DNA of 64,000 nucleotides, from assembly GCA_964252035.1 (NCBI GenBank), contig OZ176205.1; one strand, given 5' to 3'. This document shows, piece after piece, positions 36,013 through 46,792 of the stretch. The position numbers and the translations under genes were made by a program. A model generated the notes under the pieces. The model worked only from the letters and a program-made list of their open reading frames with translations. It was not told the origin of the DNA and made no database searches. The stretch is from Podarcis erhardii (Eukaryota). The stretch's first letter is position 1. Every line of letters starts with the position of its first letter.

Positions 36013-36183
36013 ATGTTCGAGATTGCGGAAGGCATTGTTGGGAACATTGGCCCCACTCACAACTTTGAACCCCCACATTATGATGGCATTGAGTGCCTAG
36101 CTATTCAGGGAGATGTTCTCTTCAGCGGCTCCAGGGACAACGGAATCAAGAAATGGGACCTGGACCAGCAGGAGCTCATCCAG
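36013..36183 (+). CDS. KIF21B: KIF21B exon 33 (WD40)
   Basis: gcag|ATG TTC GAG...ATC CAG|gtaaga; 171 nt; MFEIAEG...[21 protein letters not shown]. Confidence 0.96.
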
Positions 36184-36513
36184 GTAAGAAGGATGATAGG
36201 GAAAGATGCTGGGTTTTCAAAGACAGAGGCGTTATACCATTTGTGTGGTGTGAATTGTGCTGAGGGTGTCAATATACAGTTGGTGCATAAATTCCTCCTG
36301 TAGTGCAGGGGTAAGAAGGCCCCATGCTGATATCCCTGAAGGGGGCGGACCATGAGGCCAGTGGAAATTTTAGATGCTGAAATTCAGATAGTGCATGTAC
36401 CCCACACACATTAAATTTATTTGCAGCAAGTATGGCCTCTGCATATGTATTCCAGCCATGATTGTATTGAGCTCAGTAAGCCTCTTCGAAAAAGCAGGGT
36501 GGTTATTCTACAG

Positions 36514-36649
36514 CAGGCATAGGCAAACTTTGGCCCTCCAGATGTTTGGGACTACAATTCCCATCATCCCTAGCTAACAGGACCAGTGGTCAGGGATGAT
36601 GGGAATTGTAGTCCCAAACATCTGGAGGGCCAGAGTTTGCCTATGCCTG
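36514..36649. mobile_element. hAT-Charlie-type palindromic MITE, 136 bp
   Basis: about 58-bp inverted arms CAGGCATAGGCAAACT...AGTTTGCCTATGCCTG; 8-bp TSD TTCTACAG/TTCTAGAG matching the nTCTAGAn Charlie target. Confidence 0.88.
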
Positions 36650-37762
36650 TTCTAGAGAGAGGATGAGCAAGGACCAAATCTCTTGGAGCACTGACTTGCT
36701 GGCAGTATCTAGTAGAACCTGGTGTCCTCCAGATGCTTAGGGCTACCAGATTAGGGAAAGCAGTTGTAAAAGAATCCTACTATCTTCCTTTAATAAGTTA
36801 ATATTTCCATTGTATATTTTCCCAGCAGTCAAACAACATTGGCTCTCAAAGTCTTGTTGGGGGTCTTATGGCCTATGTGTTGTATTATTTATTATTCTAG
36901 CTATTTAGTGGTCCTTGACTTGGTTATCTAGTTTACTACTGGTAACAAGCACAATTAGTCCCAAGGCCAAGTGTGCCAAGTTTGGGGAGCTTGGGGCAAC
37001 TCCCATAATCCCTAGCCATTGGCCATGGTGCCAGTGGGAGTTGGGGGTCTAAAAACATCAAGCAAGCCACAGATATTCCACTGCTGATCTATGCCCTTCG
37101 GTGCACTATTTTAGAGTTAAATGTGGGAAGGCCAAGCCAACAGCCATTCTGAGTGCAATCCAGTAACTTCCATCTTTGCCAAATGTGTCACATAAGAACC
37201 AAAGGAAGGAAGTTGTCCTGGCTTAGTTAAGAATTGGAATCCCTGTTGAAAGGGTTGGCCCTGCTCATGCAGAATTCTCCTCTTCTTGCTGCAGTGTTCA
37301 CAGTTTTCAAGTGTGTGGCCTTGCTTTTGCATAGCCAGTTCCCCGTTTCAAATTTAGCCTCAATTCCAGGTAGTGATATCGATCTGCAAACATTTGTTCA
37401 GGTTTCTGAGGTGTGTCAGCTGGGTGTCCTCATTTTAAGACTGTTTACATTATTAGGAACAAGCCCAATGAAAGAATTCCCCTGCATTTGCAAGATTGGT
37501 GTGTGGGCCAATTGGGTTTTAGCTGCCACTGTGCCATAACCTTCAGGACAAATTAATGGCATGGTGGCATTATTTTTATGGCACAACCAACACCTACAAT
37601 GAATGGCAGTGTTATTCCAGTTCTTCTTTAGTATCTAGTCCACTCCCTTGGGCTTTGTTTTAACTCCCAAGTCATCTCATTCAGAAATCCGTGGGTGGAA
37701 GAGTTTTTGGGGTGTGGCAACAGTCCCTTGCTAACTCAGCTCATTGTGACTCCTGTTTCTAG

Positions 37763-37962
37763 CAAATCCCAAACGCACACAAAGACTGGGTTTGTGCGTT
37801 GGCCTTTGTGCCTAGCCGGCCCATGCTGCTGAGTGCCTGCCGTGGTGGGACAGTGAAGGTCTGGAATGTCGATAACTTCACCCCCGTTGGGGACATCAAA
37901 GGGCACGACAGCCCCATCAATGCCATCTGCACCAATTCTAAGCACATATTCACAGCTTCCAG
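37763..37962 (+). CDS. KIF21B: KIF21B exon 34 (WD40)
   Basis: ctag|CAA ATC CCA...TCC AG|gtgagt; 200 nt; [15 protein letters not shown]...HIFTAS. Confidence 0.96.
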
Positions 37963-38627
37963 GTGAGTGTTGAGGGCAAGGGCTTCTCTTTACCATGAAC
38001 TCTTTGCCCGCTGCATCCCATCATGTGTAGTCAAGCTGCTCAAAAAATGAGGTGCCACCAGAGATGAGCTGGTTACTGGCCCAAGCACCTGGTTGACGGA
38101 GGAGCCAGAGGAAGCCATTGCTTCTGTGTCTGCCCTGCTCACAGAGCCATAGTGCAGTGGTGTCCATCTCAATACCAAGGAATGGCTTTTTCATGGCTCT
38201 TTAGTTCACCTCTTCCTCATCACATCTCCAGCGAGATTCTGCATGGTGCTTCCTTGTTTGTACCTAAGGTTGATTTCTGGCACTGCCCCTTACAAAAGGG
38301 TGCCTTGCTGTAGTAGCCAGTGATTAGCACCTAAGGACATAGCTCCTCAACTGAGGCACAACGAGCTGGTTTGTCCCAGCAGTCACGAACTGAACTGAGC
38401 CGCAGGGACTCTTGGTAACCCATCACGGTCCCATGGAGATTCTGGCAGAGCAAGGGCCAAAGACTTGGCCAGAGGGCTTCCCCAGGGAGGGCAACCCAGG
38501 CCCCACCACTCACTCTATTCCCCTTTGGAGTCTCTAATCTCCTCTTTTCCGACCATGTTTCTTTTTTCCTTTTCTCTCTTCCTCTCTCTGTCTCTCTTCT
38601 CTCTCTCTCTGTTTCTATGTGCCACAG

Positions 38628-38727
38628 TGACTGCCGGGTAAAGTTATGGAATTACGTGCCTGGGCTCACCCCCTGCCTTCCACGACGCGTCCTTGCCATC
38701 AAGGGCCGTGCTACCAGTCTGCCTTGA
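38628..38727 (+). CDS. KIF21B: KIF21B terminal coding exon A
   Basis: long pyrimidine tract, then acag|T GAC TGC CGG...CCT TGA; [32 protein letters not shown], matching the human C-terminus. The exon sum 285-38727 is 4882 nt (1 + 1627 codons) with no internal stop seen. Confidence 0.95.
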
Positions 38728-39094
38728 CCCTCCTCCTGTCTTCTCTACTCTCCTGCTCACTTTTTCTTGCTGTGTTCCCCCTTCTCCTCTTTCTCGTCCC
38801 TAACCCCTTTCTCTGCGAGCTGATCTCAGCTGCTTCTTAACGGTATGCAATGCTTACTTGCTTTTCTTTCCCTTTAGGGCAGTAAGTGGAGGTGTTTTCC
38901 AAGGGAGACATTACTTCCCAGTTCACCTCCAAAGTGGGCATGCAAAAAAAACCCCATCTCACTTTCCTCCTTGACATGCCTGCTTGGTTGCATTATTAAG
39001 GCTGCATGCTTCACTTGGAAGCCTGTCCCACTGAAATCAATGAAGCTAACCTCTAATAAACTATGTTTAGGGTTGGCGTGATTTATGTGGAAAT

Positions 39095-39236
39095 TGTTCA
39101 GTTTGATTGTGTGTTTTTTAATGTTTTATTTATTGTTTATGACTAATTTTGTTATGTTGCAGTTACGCATTTCCCTTCATGTTGTAAGCCACCTTGAGCA
39201 TGGTTTGAACTGTGGAAAGGTGGCATACAAATAAAA
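39095..39236 (+). mobile_element. retroelement (L2/MIR-type) 3' tail remnant
   Basis: T-rich stretch, then TGTTGTAAGCCACCTTGAG...GGAAAGGTGGCATACAAATAAA. Confidence 0.5.
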
Positions 39237-39702
39237 TTGTGTGTGTGTGTGTGTTTTGTGTGTGTAAATGTCAATGGGGTTCATGTAGGGGGTGGGGGAG
39301 TACAACCCCCAAGGCAGGTCCCAATTTGAATTCTGGTTTTGCAGTAAGTGAAGGTGTTTGAATTTCCCTCTTGCTTTAAACAGGGCATTTGTTCTGGAAT
39401 AGCCCATGTGCCTACATGGTATCCTTGGGCATTGCAAGAGAGTGAAAGGCAGGAGGGGAAGGATTTGGGTGGGAAATCAGCACAGTGCCCAGATTAAGGA
39501 GTGTGGTCCAGATTGGGAGCCCATGTGGCTGCTTTTCCTTCAAAATGAATATTCACCTATCTACTAAGCACACTTTTTACAAGCATGTTATTTATGTAAT
39601 CTGTGGTTTGCACCTCCATTTTCCCTTTATCTGAGCTTGTTCAGTGTTTGGTTCTTGACTTTCTAAATGTCATATTCCCACCTTTTCCTCTTCATTCCCC
39701 AG

Positions 39703-39757
39703 TGACTGGACAGTGAAACTCTGGAGTGCAAGGAAGCTACTGAACAGCACAACCTAG
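39703..39757 (+). CDS. KIF21B: KIF21B alternative terminal coding exon B
   Basis: pyrimidine tract, then ccag|T GAC TGG ACA...ACC TAG; DWTVKLWSARKLLNSTT*; same phase as exon A and resembles the human alternative end DLTVKFWSVRRLPHSGLP (recalled). Confidence 0.85.
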
Positions 39758-41862
39758 ATAGAACCTGGGGGAACTACTTGGACATGGTGACTGTGGTGGA
39801 GGTCACGAGAAGACAAGATGTGGCGCTCTTGTTGAATCTGGCTTGCAAGGGTAGGACGTGCTTGGCTTCCTACCAGAATCTCACACACTCAGGGCTTCAG
39901 GAAAAGATGGCACCCTGGCTTTTTGGTACCATGTGCCCCAGTGAGTGAGTTGGTTGGATGGTGCGAGGGAGTCTTCTTTCCTTTCCAGTTTCCATGCTCC
40001 ATGTCTCTTTGCTTGGTAGGATTTTGCAATGACACTGAACTGTGAAACTCCCACCATGGCATTGCCAGCCAAGGAGGAAGGTCAAGCTGAGGCATCTGAG
40101 AGCATTTCTCCCATCAGAATCCACATGCCACCCAAACAGGCACACCCCCCCCCCCAGGCTATGTGAGAAGCTCTGCAAAATAGGTGGTTTTAGGTGTTCA
40201 TAGACCAAGGAGGTTTATCAAGGAAAGATGCAAGAAACCTCATTCCTCACTCCATCACGCCTGAGCAATCCATACCCATCGACTCCTATGGCCGCATGTG
40301 CCCTGCTTATGGCATTCCTTCAGAGCTTAACAGTGAAACTGACCAGAGGAAATCTAAATATGCCAGCTGCTTCCTGGATGTGTTTCCTGCATAGCTGATT
40401 GTTGTGTTTTAGAGGGTATTTCTTGTTCTAGTTAGATCTTTCATGAGTGTTAATGCGCTGGCTTCCTTTCTCTTATTTCCACCACTGATGGGCTGTGTGT
40501 GTGTGTGTGTGTGATTTTATGAAGGGGGGAAGGGTGGGTGGCAAAGTTAGCCACCTTTTTTTAAATGTTAAGCACATGTGATATTTCTCAGTTTTCACTC
40601 CAAAAGTAGAATCGCCAAAGGTTTTCATTTTCAAATGCTTAGAGCCCTACCAAGAGAACATAAAAAAGAAAAATCTCTACTGTATAAGTGAGGCCTGTCA
40701 AATGGGTGATGGATAATATGGCATTTGGATTATCACTTTTTCTTCAACTGTGGAATCAAGATTTCTGTTAGTTTGGAAGAATGGTTTCTTTCTGTGTTCC
40801 AGCTTCAGACTTGAAATTGTAATGCTGGTCCCTTTTTTCATAGTGCTAGATATCCCAGGAGGGGAAAAAAAAGATGTGAGCTCCTGGAATATGTTTTTGG
40901 ATTCTCCCTGGGAAAGTCTTCACAGGCAGCCTGGGGGAAAACATGCATTATTTCAATCTGTGAAGCTGTTTACATTGTCCTGTTCCAATACGAGAAAATA
41001 ATAATGGCAACAGAAATTGACTCTCTCCCCTCAGGTGGAGAAAGGACCCTTTTAAGTATTGGAACAGAAATGTGTGAGTTTTTTCTTTAGATTTTTAACA
41101 GGGTAAGAAACACTTGAACAAGCGTGTGGTGATGCGTTCCTGAGTTCACATTTCCCCAGATGTGGGATGATGAGACTTGCCCTCTTAGTCTTGCCCCATC
41201 ACCTGTTTACTTACACCTGCTTGGCATCCGTTCACGTCAATACTCATGTCTTTATAATAGACTCTGCAACGAATAAGCAGGAGAAGCTTCTCTCTCTGTG
41301 CTTCAATCAACTTGAATTTTCACTGGTGGAGTTTCAACCTACTTAAGTGTTCTCATGGACCCTGTGTGAGCATCACTTTGCAAGAGATGAAGCTTTCTGT
41401 TTGTGTGTAACACAGCAGGGCTGTCCCAGCCCTCACTGGAGAGTCACAGAGCACTCCTCAAAACCTTCGTTTCCTCACTTGGTTGTTAATATGTGGTATA
41501 AATGGACTTTTGACATGCATTGTGCTCTCCTGACCAAGGACCAAGTTCATGCCTCAACCAGCAGACTTGGGGTAAGCAGCACACTGGTGGACCATTCCAC
41601 AGCTCTGCCCCCTGGTTTATAGGAGTCTTCTGCTCTAATAAACTGGGTTTGGGTGTGAACTTCATCCACTCCATGCAGTGAAGCTGCAGATTCTTCCATT
41701 GGGAGTAGGTTATTGTACTGTAATTCTGTATGGGTGTTCAAAAGGTTCTGTGTATTGTCTTGTGCATTATTTGGGGCTGGGGGAGCAAGAGGGAGAGGGT
41801 TGTGTATATGTGCACGCGCATGAGTGAAATTTTAAAAGGGTGAGGGCTTGTTTTGAGTTAAC

Positions 41863-41870
41863 CTACCTCA
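41863..41870 (+). promoter_or_regulatory. let-7 family 8mer seed match (CTACCTCA) in the KIF21B 3' UTR
   Basis: exact complement of the let-7 seed plus A1; function not shown. Confidence 0.55.
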
Positions 41871-43293
41871 TGGTCCAAGGTGTCTAGTTCTACTCTTCGG
41901 GGGTTTTTTATGTTAATAAAACTTGAATTAGTCTGGGGAACGCACATTACCACTGACCCCTAAGTCCCAAAAGTGAGATGAAGGCAAGGTGAAAGCAAGT
42001 GTGCTTTGCCTTTGCTGTTGACCGATTTACATTCAAGCTCACCGCTTGTACTGTGTCCACCAGCAGCACCAATTTTAATAAGCTCTTCTTAAATGTTAAG
42101 ACTGATATTTATTGAATCACTGTGTCCTTTGCAGTCTTCTCGTGACTTAGCATTCTCAACTGAGAATAACAGAGAGGTCCAAGTGATTCAAGCCTTGGAA
42201 GAGGGACCATCTTCCATCGGTAATGAAATCAGCACAATCCCCACGCCTTCACATGGCTACACGAGATATCTTGTCCGATATTTTCAGAAGCTTGTAGTCC
42301 ACCTGTGAATGTAGTTGCCTGTAAAAAAATATATTCTAGGAATACATTGTGAATTAGCTGCACACAGTTCACCTAAAACTTCCTCCATTCTTCCTTGGAG
42401 GAAGTCTGTTTAGTACAAGAAATATGAAATGTCTTGTAAAGTATTACTTGATATACCTGAAAGCACTGTGCCCGACAGCACTCTGCTTAACTGTTAAATT
42501 ATTGACCATATTGCCATATAGTCCCATGTGCCTCAGTGCTATTGCTAGCTTTTTAGGTATGGGATTATTTTTTCTCATATTGAAGAAGCTACCCCCTTCT
42601 CTTTATTTTTTAACAGTCCTGATCCAAGCAACGTGACAAAGTGCAAAACCCTGCAAATGAAATTGGGTGCAAACCAGGAGAGCCATTTTACCTCCTATGA
42701 ACAGTTACGTGAAGCACAAGGTGGGAAGGGTCAGAATAAGCAAGCTGAAAACATCGACTGCTTTGAGTAGCCCTTGGGAGTAAATGTGCATGCTCATTAA
42801 GAGGACACTGTCATTAACGAGATTCAAAAGTGGGTTTGCACAACCTGCTTGATTCATCTAGCAGCCCTGGGAAAATCTCTGCCAGATTCTCCTGGTGTTC
42901 TTAAGGCTTTGCTGCTGGTGGTAGGATAACATGCACCATCCCTGCATTCCAAGAAAGGACCTGGGGTGAAAGACGCCCCCCTAAAGTGCATCAACACCAT
43001 AGGCCCGTTTGCTCCACCTCTTGGTTTATGTATACATATATAATCATGTTTCAATTGACAGGTGCCTTTTCTTGCCCTGAAAGGTGTTTTCTCCCCCTCA
43101 AGGCTGGCGTGTGTGTTCAGGGCTTCTTTGGGGGTTTTGTACCATCAGGCAAAATGGTCACACGTATGTATGTGTGTGTGCGTGTGTACATGATAAGGTG
43201 TGTAATTATTTTATACCGCTATGTAAATAGTGTAAGTTATTTAAAGCTCCTGCTGTACATGGTTTTCCAATGAATGTGTTTGTTCCTCCTCTT

Positions 43294-43303
43294 AATAAAT
43301 AAA
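43294..43303 (+). terminator. KIF21B distal polyadenylation signal (overlapping AATAAATAAA)
   Basis: cttAATAAATAAAcatc; further AATAAA copies at 43336 and 43342. Confidence 0.75.
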
Positions 43304-44955
43304 CATCAAAACAAGATCTGAGAATAATTATTTTTAATAAAAATAAAACAGGCCATTAAGTGTAAGTTCAAAAGGCTCTTTCAGTGGTACGAAGATTGAG
43401 CTGATGAGGAAATGGATATTGATATAGGTATGAGCAAGTGGCTCTGATCTAGGAAGTTAAAAACAAACAAACCCAGAAGCAACGAGCCTGGCCAGAATTT
43501 AAGTGTCATCTGATAACTGTATCTTCATGACCTGGCTTTTTGCCTTTTCTGTACTTAATTAACAGCACACTTTGGGGCAACAACAAAACATTGTTTTTGA
43601 CTGTTTCTAAAGAAGTAATTAAAACAGAGGCAATTCCCAAATGATGACTTGCAAGGATTAGAACACACAAGGACTCAGAAAAAGCATCCTATTCAATATA
43701 AAAATGTTCAGGTAGATTTAACACTGTTTTGAGCTGAGTCCAAGTAACTTTAATAGTTGCACATCATACATACGGTATTCCCTCTCCCTCCACTGGCAAA
43801 CCTTGTACAAATAAGTTAATATTAAGAACAGTGTTGGTTGCAAATACCACACACACTTGATCATCATGATACCATAATTAGTGCTTTAACATCCCTAGGT
43901 TACCCCAGAAGCAAAGACCAGTATTAAAGAGAGACGGGTACTTAGAAAAGACCCCATAGAAAGTAGTAGAGGTTAAGCAAAACATCTTGTCTTTGTCCAG
44001 TCTAGGATTGCACGACAAATTAAGTACAAACCTGGCATCAGGAGAATCTGCTTTTCTTTTTCAAAACTGACATTTCTAGCCTTAAAAGCACGAAGGCTTA
44101 TGCCCATTTTTTTTGCCATGACTTGTAAGTTGAAAAGGATCTGGGCTGAGACCAAACAGAGTCACTCTCAGTTCCTTGTGACATGCTTGTATAATGAGAA
44201 ACCCCTTCCACGAAGTGATGGGTTTCATACAAAGATAGAGCCACACATGAAAAGGGCTCCTTTTAAGAATCGTTGTGATGTAGATACAGAACCAAGAACA
44301 TGGCAAATGCTGTGAAAAGCAGTTGTGAAGTGAAAACAATAGGGAAAGGGCATGTGCACCAAACTACACTTGGGGAAGCTTGCTTGCCTCCATTGCCTGT
44401 TTGCTACATCACACTACTTTATGCAAGAATAAAGAAGACAACAGAGGCTCCACATCTAGCACATGTGAGGGCAGGCAGATTCTGCTTCCGTGGGGGAAAG
44501 AAAATTCATGTAGTCAGGCTTGGCTCTTTTCTGAAAAGCTATAAAAAGTTCTCAAGTTCTTGCTTTCATAACCTACAGCCGGCTCCCAAGATCTTTCCAC
44601 CACAGACAGACGTGAATAAATAGGCAGACAAGCAAACACTAGTTAAGAGGGGTGAGGGATCTTGCTGTGCTCTGTATTCCGCACAGGACAGAAAACCTAG
44701 CTGTCTGTTACAGTAGTCTATTGCATCAGTTCATCACAGGAACAAAGGAAGAGACTGAGCTATATAGTCTCACATAGGTTGCAGAATAGCCCCTAAAGTG
44801 TTCTCTTTAATAAAGCAGGATCAGATGGTCGAAGAACGCACCAAAGTTTGACACAAGCCTCGTCTTTCCAACCTGGAATGGGGAGACAGGTCGGTCTAGG
44901 CAGCCAGCCTGCTGACATTGCCGAATTGCAGGAAGTCACGGTGATTCAGCAGTCT

Positions 44956-45048
44956 CTACACCTGAGTAATGATTTCTCCATTTTCTGGCACGTAGACCTG
45001 CACAGGGGCTCCCTCAGGAGACCGTTTCAGGATATGGACACGGGGAAC
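44956..45048 (-). CDS. INAVA: INAVA last coding exon
   Basis: minus strand ccag|GTT CCC CGT...CAG GTG TAG; 93 nt; VPRVHILKRSPEGAPVQVYVPENGEIITQV*, versus human ...RRSPDGAPVQVFVPEKGEIISQV. Confidence 0.94.
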   Translation of the reverse strand, partial: VPRVHILKRSPEGAPVQVYVPENGEIITQV

Positions 45049-45911
45049 CTGGAAGGTTAAAAAAAGGAGCCTCTTAATGGAACTGCCGCACCAGCACATC
45101 TCCCCAGTAGCAGCAACCCCACCACCACCAAATACAGTTTCCTTCATCAAACATAAAAGCATTTGTTGCAGCTGATGGTCACTTCCTATCTTGATTGCCT
45201 CAGGAAAATGTGGCCCATTATGTTTCTCCATGCCTATAAAATCAATTCCTCCCCCACCATTAAGCGCAGTGTAAAAATAAAGTTTCCAGGGCAATCTTTC
45301 CTATTCTTTCCATTCAGTGCCATTAAATTAAGTGTCTTTAAAATGCTGTGATGTTTTCCAGCCATGATTACCATTCATGCTTTCACCTTTGGGGGTTGAA
45401 CTAGAGGACCCACCACCTAGAGAGTCATGGAAAGGTGGTGCTCTGGCACTTTTCAACAGGGCTGCAGCACCTGTGGCCCTTCCAAAGAGGCTGGGACTCC
45501 CAGCAGCCCCAGCTGGCATGGCCAATGATCAGAGATGATGGGCCTTGTAGTCCAGCAACAAATGGAAGACCACAAGCTCCCCATCCCTGCTGTAAAACAA
45601 CTAGGTGTCTAGAGCATCCTAAAGAATACACGGAAAAAGCTGAGCCCCTGCAGGCAAATAAACAGAGCTTGCCATAGCTTTATGCATTAAGGAGGACTAA
45701 AAGAGGCTCTTAAAAGTAGCAATATTGGCATAAGATGGTCTAACTGACTACAAAGCAGCTTCTTATATTTATATTGCCATGCATGGGTGCAAAACCAAAA
45801 CAGCTACTAACTATTAATCAACGTGAAGCTTCCACGGTTTCTACCCATTATTCACAGGCATGTCCAGAGGAGCACCCACTTGCAAACTTGAGAGTGTGAG
45901 CTCACTCTCAG

Positions 45912-46010
45912 AGGGGTGGCTATTTTAGTCTGTTGCAGCAAACTGGCATCTTAAAGACTTAATAAAGTAATGAGCTTTTGTGGACTGGAGTCTATTTCAA
46001 CCGATGCTTA
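45912..46010. mobile_element. Penelope-like element terminal fragment
   Basis: GCTATTTTAGTCTGTTGCAGCAAAA...CATCTTAAAGACT...GCTTTTGTGGAC...CCGATGC resembles the reptile Penelope repeat end (recalled). Confidence 0.45.
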
Positions 46011-46722
46011 TACAAGGAGATTGTCCTCATGGCTCCTCCTTTTAGGTGAGTAAAGCTCCCCTATCTCTTGAATGGGGACCACAGATTTAAATGAACTGGC
46101 CAAAGGAGGTTTGGAAACAGCGTAACTGGCCTCTAGGACTCACAAATAAAACTACCTGAAAATGCACATGTGCCCCAACTGATGGGCATAGAACTGCCAG
46201 GGATTTATCTGATGCTGCGTGGTTGGGTGGTTTCCTTGTGCTGAAGATGGATTAGACAAACACATAACGTGCAATCTATGGTCGCTGTCTTCTCTTGCTC
46301 ATGCGAATGCTTCCTAGCACAGCAAAGAGTTGTCTGATTAAAATTTCACAGCTCTGTTTCCAGGTGAGGGGAGGCACGCATTGAAGAGGATGGGAGGAAT
46401 CCAAGGGCAAGCTCTTGCTCGCATGGTTGTGGGCTTCTGCCCTGTGCTGCAGGCGAGGGAGATGCCCAAGGAGGAGAGAACTGTGCTTCATTGTGCAACA
46501 GTTTTGCACATCGAAAGAACATAATTCTCCAAGCGGAACCCCCCCCCCCGCCACCAGGATTCATATCTTTCAGAATTCCTCTCACTGACTATGTTTCTCA
46601 AGGAACAGCGTGCAGAGTTGCCAGAAGGCAATGCCGTTCTCACCAACCATCAGAACAAAGGAGCAGCAACATAACCTTTTCCTATCTAACAAACTGCCCA
46701 ACAAGCATACAGGTAAAAAATA

Positions 46723-46792
46723 CAGTAAAGGACCCATGGACAGTTAAGTCCAGTCAAAGGCGACTATGGGTTTCGGCGCTCATCTCATTTTC
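46723..46792 (-). mobile_element. Sauria SINE (Squam1)-like 3' fragment
   Basis: GTAAAGGACCCATGGACAGTTAAGTCCAGTCAAAGGCGACTATGGG...GCGCTCATCTC. Confidence 0.6.

Larger units (their letters stand above)
39758..43320 (+). other. KIF21B: KIF21B long 3' UTR (about 3.5 kb, inferred)
   Basis: from the exon B stop to the AATAAA cluster at 43294-43303; typical 3'-end motifs TGTAAATA (43222-43229) and TTATTTAAA just upstream. Confidence 0.7.

Noticed and set aside
39003-39008. TGCATG as an RBFOX site controlling terminal exon choice
   Set aside because: It lies inside a decayed repeat and is single, so it is not distinguishable from chance.
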